Source: Podarcis cretensis | Taxonomy: Eukaryota | Assembly (NCBI GenBank): GCA_951804945.1 | Contig: OX638150.1 | Span: forward strand, 97,154,001 to 97,218,000 | Direction: 5' to 3' | DNA length: 64,000 nucleotides | Shown here: piece by piece, positions 1 through 11,932 of the stretch | How the letters are laid out: the number at the start of each line of letters is the position of its first letter | Position numbering within the stretch: the first letter of the stretch is position 1 | Notes under the pieces: generated by a model | Databases searched by the model: none | Seen by the model: only the letters and a program-made list of their open reading frames with translations | Told to the model about the DNA's origin: nothing | Position numbers and translations under genes: made by a program

Positions 1-3000
1 GCCAATGGGCATAAATGTTCATTGTATTGGATCAAACCACATCTCTCCATAAAAGCCAAAACAGTGTGATGTTGTAGCAATTGTCGAGTAAATTGGACCA
101 TTAAAGAAAGAGAGGGCATGGCTGGGGCACCCCTGTGAGAATTCATGTGGATTTCACAGGCCTTCTAGCACAACCAGGCAGGGGTAAATTATGCTGGTGG
201 GGGCATCTGAAGAAAATATGTATGTTGTGGTTAACATTCACTAGCATTTGCTGTCTTGCTTTGTGATCACACCTTCTGTTCACGTGAAGGAATCTATATG
301 CAGCACTGGAGCTTATCTACTTCTTTGTGTCTGGCACATTCCTTTCCCATTTTCCTTGGGGTCTGGATCAAAGATGACTTCAATAGCCTGCACTGAAATC
401 TGAAGCACAATCTCCCAAGGCTTAGTCAGAAGGTGTGGCATTTGCCGTTGTCTTCACCCACTTAAAAAAAAAAATGTGTCTAGAGATTCACAAAGATGGA
501 GAAGCCATGAAAATGGAACAGGGACAGGGGCAGTTACACATTGTGCAATCAGAGCTGCTGAAAGCCATGCAGATAGATCTTAGGAGGCCATGCTTCTTAT
601 CCATAGCAGGAAGACATCACAGATAAGAAAGGAACCGGTGAGTGGAGTTGGATGCTTAAAATGTCAAAAGTTCTAGAATATGGATGGAGACAGAGTCAAA
701 CAGAATCCGTCACAGTCCCCATGGCACCATATTGTTTCCTATATCCGGACAGTTATGGAGGGACCCCAGTTATGTGCCCTAAACGTGCATGAGTATTGGT
801 ACGCTGGAGCTAAGCACAACGATCAGAGCCAGCCAAAGACATGTTGGTCCTTGAGGCTACGTGACAAATAACACCCCTCTCCAACCCAAATCAGGGCACA
901 GTACCCAAGGCCAGCCAAGTTCTTTTGGCGCCTGATGCAGAAAATTCTGCAAGTACCTCTTCCCCTTCCCTGGCAGTAAACATGCAATAGCGATGCATGA
1001 AACAGCAAACAGCTTTCTTATTCACATGGCATCTAAGTAAGAGCATTAGAAGATCCTCCTATTGTCTAGCATCCTTTTCTTGCCTTGCTTTGTCTCGTGG
1101 TTGGGCCAGGACACACAAGAATCGTGCAGATGTGTGGGCTAAAGTTTTTACAGCGTGTCTAAGTGTAAATGACAGTGATGGCAGATTTCAAAAATCTGGC
1201 TTTACTCAGAAATGTCACAGCCAGGCCAGTTGTCTGGCATTTAAAATAAACTAAATTCCTGGCAATTGGCCCAGATACTTTTTTTAAAAAAACCCACAAC
1301 CCTCTGGCCAGGCCAGTTTTTCATGGACAGTTTGCAACTGTACTCCAAATTTTTCATTCTCTGGTGGTACAACATCTATTCAGTCATCTGACACTCTTTG
1401 GGGTGGGTCCAGGTGGGCGATCGTACACCTGATGTAGCTTTCTTGTTGCTCTTCATTGTTCTCTGTTTCTAAATATCCAGTGTTCAGTATCTCAGTGAGT
1501 CAGCCTGCCAAGTGATTTGCTGTTAAACAGAGAAGATCCTCATGTCATCAGAGGAGCAACTGGTTTGTGGCATAAACTTTCATGGACCAGAATCCGCTTT
1601 GGTCAGATTCATATCGTAGTAACCTATCAGTAAAGAGGTGCACAGATCATAAAAACAGAACTGAAGAGACAGGGGGATTTTTTTATTATGAAAAATAATA
1701 AGAAAGAAATGGGTTCAGAAACCAAACCATGCAGAAGATTAGGATGTGGCACTAATGAAAGTTTGATCCCGGCTAAAGAGTAAAAGGTCCAAACTGAGTG
1801 GGTGTAGCTCACTCCCAGCTACTGATGAAGAGTCAAAGCAAGATGAATAGTGCCTAGAGAAAGAAAAGTGGCTTCTGAAGTGAGCTAGCCACCTCTAGTT
1901 GCTGCTGAGCCCAAGTCTGATACTGTCAAATTTGCAAATGAAACAGGAGCAAGGTTACTTCAGCCCCACATGCAATGTCCCTAGTGAGTTGTCAACATGC
2001 AGCCCAGAGATCATATCAGGCTGATGCTTCCTGTATAGCTGACCCACGTCACTTCTGGTGTGGCAAATGTAAGCTGAGGAGGCTTTTGTGTGTTGTGGGT
2101 CACAGCCTGGATCCGCCTGAGCTGAGCTGACTGACTGCAGCCTGGGTGAAAACACTCTGAATCGATCACGGAGAGCCATTTGCACCCCCTTCAGATATGA
2201 GACTATTTCAGAAGGAAGAGTTGTATGCTAGCAGGGTGAGTCTGCGCTGAGGGGATGAAAGATTGCAGCGATCAGCTGTGTGAGGAGAAGAGATTTTTCT
2301 CCATCTGTCCACCCTCAAGGTCCTATTTCCTCATAAACTATTCCCTGAGACATGGAGAAAATTGAAGCTGCTCAAAAATGAAAAAGATATTTAGCGCCCA
2401 AAATGAATGAATATCTGAAACACTGGCTGACTTCCATGGAACATATGGGGAGCAGCCAGCTGAACTGATGGATTTTCTGCAGCTTGCTCTATTCTTTTTC
2501 TTTTTTAAAATGAGAGTCTGCCCCCCCCACTTCTGCCTTCTCCACCCAAAATGACTCTTCTCACAAAATAAGAAAAAAGTTTCCAAGAATATACTTGGGA
2601 AATCTAAAAACTAATAGGAACCATAGCCATACTGTTAACTGCTTGTTTCCTAGCTCCAAAACAAAAGACTGCATATGGGTCAATATTAAGATCTCTCTCT
2701 TTTTAACCATATCATTTTCCAGAGAAGGTGTTGAGCCTTTTTACCTAATCCAGGAGGGTGGGGAACCTCAGGCCTGGAGGCAAAGTGCTTTTACCTGGTT
2801 GGAATGTGTCCCTGGACTCTGATAATGTGATTGTAAAACCATAAAGATCTACATTAGTATCTGCTGCCTCTGTGGATCCTGCCCCTGAGGCAGTTGCCTT
2901 GCCTTGCCTTGCCTTGTAGGTGGGCTGGCCCTGGGGTCAGAGAGGCAGTGAGGAGAAAGAAAAAGTGCATCTCTTGGCCCTCAGTGGTGGGCAGTGATGA

Positions 3001-4331
3001 AGGCAGGAGAGGGGACACACTGAATGGAAACCAAGCCTTATGGGAAACAGTTGAAGGAGCTGTGCGAGAGGCAAGTGCTGTGGTTCTTAGTGTTAAGCAC
3101 TGCTGCCTTTTTAAATTAGCACCTTCAGAATGGAGACCACAGCATTGATGTGGGAGATATGTGTCAGAAGAAGCAAGGTGGAAAGACAGGAAATACTAGC
3201 CTTAACTAAGAAGCCATGAGCTTGCGGGTTTCTGAAATTATCAGTAGTCACAGCCCACTAACTATTTTGTTTTATCTCTGACTTCTCGCATCGCAGTCAC
3301 TACTTTTACACTTTTACATGTTGTGTGCAGATGAATCCAACACGATCTCAGACCGTGGAGATTTCTTTTTTTATTTCTCACAGCATCTTACTTTGCATCC
3401 CTTGCATTCTGCCTTATTCTCCAGATGAATCCAGGCTGAATCCAGATTTGAAGGGTCCTGAGCAAAGTCTCTCTGGTGGCTCCTTACCCCCTCCCTGCAT
3501 TTGACAGTGGCAGAGGCTGAGAGCTGCCATTTTAATTTCCCACAATGCCCTAAAGTGCCCCATGTCTTTTCACTCTGGGGTCATTGTGTGAAATTAAAGC
3601 AGAAGCTTCCAGGCTTAGCTTCCCAATGTAGCTGGGGCCTGGGGCAGGGGTAAGCACTGGTAGGCCCTACTGGGATCCTGGCCGCCATCTTAGGATGCCA
3701 GGTATGGAGGCCAGGTCTCCCCCGGTGTTGCATTGTTGTCTCTGCACAAAGTCACGTAATACAAATTTGTGGCTGATGGGAAACAGCTTGGAAGAACCTA
3801 AAACCCCATTCAAATTTAGACCCATAACAGATTTCTTCCCCCTTCAGGAGAATTTTCACATCCTTAATACAATTTTCCATGTTTCAGAAAGCGTTAAACA
3901 ACTGAGACTTTGCCCTAATGTGATGTAAACGTGATCCCCCTTCCCTTATGGGGGATTTCTTCATGTTTTCCCATTGGAGCAAACCAGTATGCCTTCTATG
4001 CCATGTATCACATTACAGCAACTTGGAGGAAATTAAATCCTTAGCATTATATATTGCTTGCTGCTGGACAATTAGGTATAGCAGCTGCAGACAAAAGTTA
4101 CCCCACCATTAGGCATTCTGCATGCTGTCAGCGCAGGGGAACAACTGAGCGAGAAAGAAGGTGGGGGAAAATGTGGGCCTTGTTGGTAAACTAGGAAGGA
4201 TTCTGGTGGCAGTTGCTTCTTTCTGCCACCCAAAGCACACCAGCTCCTGCTCTTAATGACAATTCGGTTGGAGGGGGCATTTTCTGCTGTTTACTTTGCC
4301 CCCCATGGCAAATGTGTCTATTCAGATTAGG

Positions 4332-4371
<40 letters not shown>
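4332..4371 (+). repeat. (AGAT)10 microsatellite
   Basis: Perfect tetranucleotide run, directly visible. Confidence 0.97.
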
Positions 4372-4373
<2 letters not shown>

Positions 4374-4374
4374 G

Positions 4375-4469
4375 CCCACTGATACCTAGTGAACTCTGTG
4401 GCTGAATCAGGATTTGAAATTGGGTCCTCCCAGTTCTAATTTGACACTTTAACCACAACACCACACTGC
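4375..4469 (-). mobile_element. Degenerate tRNA-headed SINE 5' fragment
   Basis: Reverse complement reads cagtgtggtgttgtggttaaagtgtcaaattagaactgggaggacccaatttcaaatcc, with box A/box B-like motifs. It resembles the SINE head at 36799. A similar remnant lies at about 20470-20555. Confidence 0.55.
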
Positions 4470-4750
4470 CCCAGGACATTTCAACAGTCAGAATTACAAA
4501 GACTAAGAGTGTGTTCACTTTACTGTTCACAGTGACTCCAGTGCACACCCACCACTGGTTTTCTAAGCTGGGTTCAAAGAGCATTAGCTGCAAAACAGAT
4601 GATGACTCATTTGAAGGTGAAAGAACTGGAATTCATCATGGGGAAAGAAATCACCAGGGGAAGACATCCTTGTCCTCAATCTGTTGTGTGGACAGCAGTG
4701 GAGGAACGTGATTTAGAAGCACAGCACTTGGATTGTGTGTACACAATCCT

Positions 4751-4752
<2 letters not shown>

Positions 4753-4788
<36 letters not shown>
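4753..4788 (+). repeat. (AC)18 microsatellite
   Basis: Directly visible. Confidence 0.97.
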
Positions 4789-4790
<2 letters not shown>

Positions 4791-5444
4791 GTGTTATCTA
4801 ATTGAGCTCAATGGGCTTTATTTCTAGGTAGGCTTGCCCAGCAAGCTTCTCTGAAAGTCTACAAAGCCGAAACATAACAGAAACATTAACATTTTGCAGT
4901 GCTCAGACCAAATAGCTCTCCCGTTTCCGTTCTGCAAACAAAATTACTCATTTTCAACTTGATTTAGGGCCATTCAGTTTAAACGCAGAGCCAGATTTTT
5001 TCTTTTCTTTGAGTACCAGTCTTGTTCTCTCTTGTTTGGCTTGGCTACATTTGGTATCGCCAACTGATGGGGAATGTGTACACGGCAGCAGGCAAGCGAC
5101 CACTGCAAGATGGACTCATGCCCAGCCTAGCTAGCAAAAGCCATCCGGCAAGCTCTGGCTTCCTTATTGGCTGGGATGATACTCAGGGAGGGCAGACTGA
5201 CAGATGGTATTTAATCTGCAGTTGTTCACCCCCTGCTCAATTTGCCCACCCCGCTGAAACCTGGAAATTCTCCACTAGCTGTTGCCCCATTTTAGAAGGT
5301 CCTTGAGAAACTAACCATTCTCTTGGTTTAGATGCACCTGGCTTCTGTAGGATATTGTTCCCACTGCTCCCACTTTCAGCATACACATGTCCTCAACACT
5401 GCAAGCGAAGCTTTGCTTGAGGATTCCTCCCAAGATAATGACAA

Positions 5445-5976
5445 TGTCAGGAACTGGCAGGACAAAGAGGAGTGGTGGGAGGCACCAGCCGGGGAACCCT
5501 CAAAGGAAACCTCACAAGAGGAAGGCTCCAAGCGGTGGGACACTGAGGAGAGGTCAGAGGGAGAAGATGGGGAGGAGGGGCTGGATGCTGAAGGGGCAAC
5601 AAGGTTTAGTGAGCAGGAAGAGCCTGTGACAGAGAGCAGTTCAGACTCCAAGGCGGAAGCAGAGGCTGCTGAAGAATATGCTGCAGCTCCCTCCCCTCCT
5701 GGTCTCCAAGAATGTGCAGAATAATGAGGAGAGCAGAACAGAGGCCAGAGGTGCACAGGCACAGTTTGAGACTGCTTGGGAAACATCTGGGAGAGGAGGA
5801 GTCTTAGAAGAGGTGAAAGGCAGGGACCTTCTGTCCTGGCCACTGCTCCATAGGGACAAGACCTACTGGGAAGTGTTGCAGAGTTGTATGCTATTTCCTT
5901 GAATTAAAGAGTTAACTTCACTGACAACAGAGCCTGCATCTTTTGTGCTGACTAGCACCTGACTCTAGCCCTGACA
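5445..5976 (+). mobile_element. Solo LTR, probably Gypsy/Ty3-type
   Basis: TGTCAGG...CCTGACA termini (7-bp inverted repeat). 5-bp TSD gacaa/ggcaa with 1 mismatch. ATTAAA poly(A) signal at 5903-5908. No internal gag/pol. Confidence 0.85.
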
Positions 5977-6725
5977 GGCAATTACACCCTGTTGTTGCTG
6001 TTAACATCTTTCGGTATTGGATGCGACTATGGGACTTGGCTGGCAGACTTTCCTAGGACTGCTCTTGTGCGGCCAGCAAGCCATGCCTGCTCCCTTCCTT
6101 GCAGTTCATTGGCTCATTCGCCAGAGAAATTCTGATGCTGGGCAAGGAAGAGGACAGTGATGAATCCAAGAAGATGCATTGCTTCCCATGACGCTGTACG
6201 TCGTTCTGAATGTCTTCCCCTCAAATAAATACTCCCTTCTTAAATGTGGAGCTGCCATTTCTGTGGCTCTCAAAGCAGGCTGTTTAGGCTCTCCAGGCAT
6301 CCACAGTGAAGGAGAGGGAGCAGGAATTTGGGTCGGAGGCTACACGATGACAGAGTGAGGTCCATGACAGGTAAAGGGGAGAATGCCTTTTTCACAGGGA
6401 GAAATACGAAGAGGGAAGATGAGGTAAGGCGGAGAGAGAAACACACACACCAGGCACGTGGGCAACTGCAGGCTGCCAGGGCCATCCACTCATGTCAATC
6501 CGAACCGCTGGTGCATGGTTTCTGGCAGCAGGAAGAACTCCCTTTGAGCCGAAGCATTTCTCATGCCATAGATGGGAGCTTTATATTCAACCCTCAAAGG
6601 CTAAATTGTCCCTGTCAGCTAGACTGCTTTTGGGTTCAGTGTAATTAGTTCTTATTTGTACTGCTGTAAAATACCAAAAGGAAAAAATAGCCCAGCCCCT
6701 TAGCAATTACTCCATAGTATATGTG

Positions 6726-7068
6726 TGGGTTAAAGCCTCAGCGCCTAGGACTTGCCGATCGAAAGGTCGGCGGTTCGAATCCCTGCGGCAGGGTGCGCTC
6801 CCGCTGCTCGGTCCCAGCGCCTGCCAACCTAGCAGTTCGAAAGCACCTCCGGGTGCAAGTAGATAAATAGGGACCGCTTACCAGCGGGAAGGTAAACGGC
6901 GTTTCCGTGTGCGGCTCTGGCTTGCCAGAGCAGCGATGTCACGCTGGCCACGTGACCCGGAAGTGTCTCCGGACAGCGCTGGCCCCTGGCCTCTTAAGTG
7001 AGATGGGCGCACAACCCCAGAGTCTGTCAAGACTGGCCCGTACGGGCAGGGGTACCTTTACCTTTACC
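6726..7068 (+). mobile_element. Sauria SINE, slightly 5'-truncated, CpG-rich variant subfamily
   Basis: tRNA-like head with GGTTCGAATCCC box B and the Sauria core gcaagtagataaataggg. (ACCTTT)n tail. 8-bp TSD tatatgtg at 6718-6725 and 7069-7076. Confidence 0.93.
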
Positions 7069-7419
7069 TATATGTGAATGCTCAGGTGCTTTCCTGACAG
7101 ACACCACTTCAGGGTTTAGGCACTTCTCCTAAGATTTCATTGCCAGCATATTGGAAGGAGGAAGCGTTGCTCCGAGTTGCTCTTTGCTTTCTGCTTGCAG
7201 GAAACAGGGGGTTCCTTTTTGGTTAAATCTTGGGGACACATACCCAGTTTACAAGGGCATGCGTGCTGTACCAAAGCATGTATGAGCATGCAGAGTCTCT
7301 GGGTGCATGAGCGCATACTCCCTCTCCGCCTCTCCTAGCATCAAGCTACTAAGCCAAATTGTGGTAATGAAAATATGAGTTTAGAGGAGGAGCAGGCAGG
7401 GCCACAGCACAGAGGTAGC

Positions 7420-7559
7420 AAAAGGTCCCAGGTTCAACCTCTGGCTTCTTCAGGTAGTTCTGGGAGAGACCCCTGCCTGAAACTCTGCTGAGCCACTGTC
7501 AGGCTGTGTAGATGGACTAAAAGGTCTGACTCCGCATAAGGCAGCTTCTAACATTCCTA
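7420..7559 (+). mobile_element. Old tRNA-derived SINE (Squam3-like; name tentative)
   Basis: aaggtcccaggttcaacc box B, body gggagagacccctgcctgaaactctg, tail gactccgcataaggcagcttc. Homologous to 59900-60065. Minus-strand remnants at about 32815-32910, 39160-39245 and 42495-42630. Confidence 0.65.
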
Positions 7560-10500
7560 GCAAAGGGTCAAATGGTCTTGTGATGGACAAAACATGCAGG
7601 GAGCAAGTAATTCCAACCACATTTACACACCTGGGCAGAGTGGATCTGGTGGCAAGTTGGAAGGGCTCCAGAATACATGCAGCCCTGTGTTTTAGGGACT
7701 CTAGTCATCAGTGAGCAAAAGACAGTCATTGAAAATGAAACTTTTGGAAGCATATCTAGTTGCTACTAACTTATGCCTGCTCCATTTAAAAACAAAAACA
7801 AAACAATAGTGAACATTATCATATGCACATCCTATCAGTGAATTTCATGGGTTAATGATTTTTGTGTATAAATTTTTTTCTTCTTGAACCTCTGATCTTT
7901 CAATGGTTCTGTTCAGTAACACAAGAATGAGCCTAGCCTTAAGCATATCTGCTTCCCACTTCCCTTTTTTCCTCTGACGTAGCCATGATAAGATCGATTA
8001 CATTTTAGATAAACCTCAGTTTGGTGTATTGTCTGAAACCTAAACTGTGGCATGTGTTAACTATGGTTAGCTCAAAACAGTCTCTCGCATACTGAATGGG
8101 GTCAAATAAATGCACTTCTTCTTCTCTGTATGCTCTGCCTGCACTATTGGCTACTTCTTCTTCTCTGTATGGATAAAGATCCCTATGTTTCACTTTCAGG
8201 TCCTCTAAAACCATAGGAATACAGCTGGAAGAGCTCTCTTTGGTCAACCTTGCTGTGCACCCAAGTGCAGACAAAGAATTAAAAGTACATCCAAAAGTGC
8301 AAGACAAAAATTTATGACCCATAAAAGCTGGCTTAAAAAGAACAATCGCCATGTCCTACAATAAAGGCTGAGTGCAGATGTGGGCGCATATAACTTTTTG
8401 TGGCTGGAAACATTTCAGGTTTGGGAAGAGTCTCATTAGATGTGTCTCTTTCTAGAAAAAGAAGTAGCCTAGAATACTTGCAGCCCTTAGAAATTGTCCC
8501 TGGTGAACAGTTCGTTCTGTCTGCAACAGACAGATTTGGGGGGGGGGGAGCAAGAGTGAAATTGACAGCTGTGAAGCAGCAAGGCCAACCGTGTTTTAGT
8601 CACTGCACAATCTCTTATTTTATACAGTGGTTTTCATGCTAAATTAGTAAATAGTGAGACACTTATTTATGGCAGTAGGGATACCATTACCTCATTCTAG
8701 ACAGACTCTCATTGGGAATCCCAGCAAGTGACCACACAATCTGCTCAAAAGACACGTGTAACACTCATATTTACAAATTTAGCTGGTTTGGGGTGCCTTT
8801 GAACTGATATGCCAACAGAGGCAACACAGCCAACCAAAGGTCCTTTTAATCACAGCAGACTTCAATAGGCAGAGAAAAGGATCTATGGATCTTATCAAGC
8901 GGATTTCATCTTCCACTCCAGGCTCCCTTGCACTCCATCTCCTTCAGCAGCCTTGGGTAGAAGGAAAAGCTGGGGCAAAGAGGTACAGACACCATATCAC
9001 CACAGGATTCACATATTACACTGAGGCCAATCTGGGTTTGCCTCCAAGTCCTGCCTGTGGGCTTTGCCATTTGATTGGTCCCAATGCAAAACAAGATGCT
9101 GGACTAGATGGAGGTTCAGCCTCACCTGTCAGGGCTGCTACTGGGTTATATATGGGGCACCTTGTGGGTGGCTTCCCTCCTTGATGGGTTTTGCAATGTT
9201 CATGGCGATAGGCAGAACTGTTCCTCACTGAGAGTAAAAAATGTAAAGGGAATGAAGGGAATATATTGCTCATAAAAATACATACTGTTCATGTGTTCCA
9301 TGCACAAGCTACTCTTGTGGTAAAAGGTCCCACAGCTGCAGGATTAATAAATCAGCATATACTCGTGCTTCCTCTGTAAAGGTCAGTGCATTTGCTGCTC
9401 TCACTTTCTCTTGAGCTAATGAATGGGATGCAAACATGTTGGCAGTTGGGTCATCCTATGTAAACCTTATTTCCGCACTCTGCAATGGGGTTTAAACTTC
9501 ATTTCCCCAGTCTGCACCCTGCCATCATCCTGTTCTTTTCTACTCAACACTCACCAATTAAAAAACAGTCTTTAATACAGAGGGATGCCAGTAGCTTTAG
9601 CAGTTCCCTGCCAAAAGACTTAAGACATTTAGATATTTACAACTCTCTCATGTTGAGTCTAGAAAGATTTGCAGTTCCTTTGTGTCCCAGATGTTAATAA
9701 ATAATAATTCAGCACCATCACCATGCCGTGCCATGACCATCGTCACAAGACCTTTGGGAAAGTTTGCTTTTCCCAAATAGTTTTTCCATGATCAAGCTGT
9801 AACGTGAACAGGTTACCTCTTTAACTAGATACAATCCTTGTTGACTCAGTGTACTAGTTTAAGCAAACATTTGACATTGTCCATTATCCTAGCCATTGTT
9901 CTACTGGCTCCTGTCTGTTATCAGGTAGTGTGGAGGGGGTGAAGAATTGTGCTCCTTTAGGCTGGAAGACTTTGTCATTGGAGACAAAGCAGTCACTGTC
10001 ACAATTGGTCAGTGTCACAATCCCACACAACATCTGCATTCTGGTTTTTGTTAGCAAAACACCTGGAACTGGACAGAAGCCAGGCAGGTGCTGAACAGCC
10101 TGCACAGGAACACCCCCATGTCTTACTCATGTTTGCAGAACGATACTGGCATGGCAAAATGCACCCATTTGCAGTTCTTTCCATGGGTTTTGCTCTGTGT
10201 GCAGCCTGCCCTGGGCTGACATGGGCCCATGGGAAATACATGACAGAAATGCTGCCAACCTGCATAATACTACAGAAAGGCATTTGAACTGGAGGCAAAC
10301 CTATTATGTGACAACGGTGCTAATTTGTTGAACGTGTAAGGTTATAGGAACTGTTTTGTGCTTCTACTTCCTTTTGGATGAAAGAGCACTGGAGATTTAT
10401 GGCAATTTGTATGCTAGCACACTGTTTACTTACAAATATACAGGCTCAGCAGGCCCAGGGGGCATCAGTCCCCACAAGCAGCAGCACCTATGGAGTTCAA

Positions 10501-10744
10501 TGTTCAAAAATTTGATTTCTCTGGCCCAGTTCTCCTTTCCAGATGTCATGGCCCACAGATAAGACGGAGTAAACAAGTGTCTCAGCCTCTTGTGACCTGA
10601 TGGCTGAGGTGACCTGTTGCTTTGAGCAACTGTAAATTAACATCTTTTATGATCAAAGCACACCAAGAACTTGTTCATGCTTCCACCTGACCCATGCCGG
10701 AAAAAGCACAGGGTTGAGAGGTTTTCCACTTGTCTCGTGCTTTC

Positions 10745-10932
10745 TAGGCACAGGTCCATGCAGTTTCTTGTTTGCTCTGCAGCTTTCTTTGGGAAAACCC
10801 GGTCTTTACCGCTGAATCGGAACAAACAGCAATCTGCGGAAAACCCAATTGCCGTTTGTTCCGATTCAGCAGTAAAGAGCAGGTTTTCCTGGGGGAATGT
10901 GGCAAGGCAAATGGAAGGATGGACGAGCCCTA
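10745..10932. mobile_element. Palindromic MITE (PIF/Harbinger-like)
   Basis: 42-bp inverted arms at 10792-10833 and 10848-10889 (38/42 complementary), plus degenerate outer inverted repeats ending gagccc-taa. Confidence 0.6.
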
Positions 10933-11635
10933 AGCTGATCTCAGGAGAGCACAGCTGGTAACTGTGTGCAAGAAGGAATTCCTCTGGCAAAGTGGCGCTC
11001 CTACCCAGTGCAGCAGTAATAAATACACGACACATATTTTGGAAAGGATTGTACAAGCATTCGGAAACTATTGCCAGAGGAAGGTTTAACAAAGGAATGC
11101 TTTGCAGTTCTGTTTACTCTACTATCACAGAGTGATATTCCCTACTGTGCAGAGGGGCCAGAATGGGGCCTGTGTTTCACTTAAACTCTTGACAGCATAA
11201 ACTCCCTACAGGATTTGTTCAGCAGCTCGAGGATTCCATAACAACAGCTTGCAAACTCTCTGCACTACCGCCTGGCTGCATCCTCACATGAACAAAGGCA
11301 AACAGCATCAGCTTCTCCGGTGGGATGTGTTGTATATATTTTTTCTATGCTCTCTCTCTCTCTCTCTTTCTCTCACACACACACACACTTATTTACAGAA
11401 CTACATTCCTTCAACTAGAGATGAAATCCTATGCCTTTTTACTTGGAAGTAAGTTTCATTAAAATCAAGTTCTGATATAATGCAGCAATCTTGCTGAAAC
11501 CTGGGGTGTACATTAGTGACTTGAAATGCAGCCCCCTCCCCAACATTTTCACAGAGCTGTTCACATCAGAGAGGGGGCAGGGATGTCTTCACTTGACATG
11601 CATGACCTTTTTGGTTTCCCTGCCCCTGCAAAGTT

Positions 11636-11705
11636 ATAGAATCATAGAATCATAGAGTTGGAAGAGACCACAAGGGCCATCGAGTCCAACCCCCTGCCAA
11701 GCAGG
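11636..11705 (-). mobile_element. Very short 5'-truncated CR1 3' end
   Basis: (ATTCTATG)n tail. Identical to the 3' end of the CR1 at about 51122-51192. 5-bp TSD aagtt at 11631-11635 and 11706-11710. Confidence 0.9.
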
Positions 11706-11747
11706 AAGTTGTGTGTGTGCTCATCTGCGCCTGCACAACTGCTGTTA

Positions 11748-11904
11748 GGGTATGTCCACATTACTGCTGATACATCAAACAGTTGTATTTGTCAAGAAAC
11801 TACAGGGTCCGTATGGATTGTGGCCAACGTGATGTGATTGCAGCTTCAAAAAATTGCAGTGGAAGCACACTAGATGCGGAGTAAGCAGTCATGCAAACAT
11901 ACCC
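11748..11904. mobile_element. PIF/Harbinger-like MITE
   Basis: TIRs gggtatgt...acataccc flanked by TTA and TAA trinucleotides. Confidence 0.6.
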
Positions 11905-11932
11905 TAAAAACGTTAGGGGCTGGATAGGAGAC

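Noticed and set aside
1530-1625. Penelope-like remnants (also about 62590-62760)
   Set aside because: The resemblance is too short and degenerate to support without a library search.
5376-5843. 155-aa Ser/Pro-rich antisense ORF
   Set aside because: It is the expected mirror of the purine-rich LTR strand and crosses the LTR boundary.
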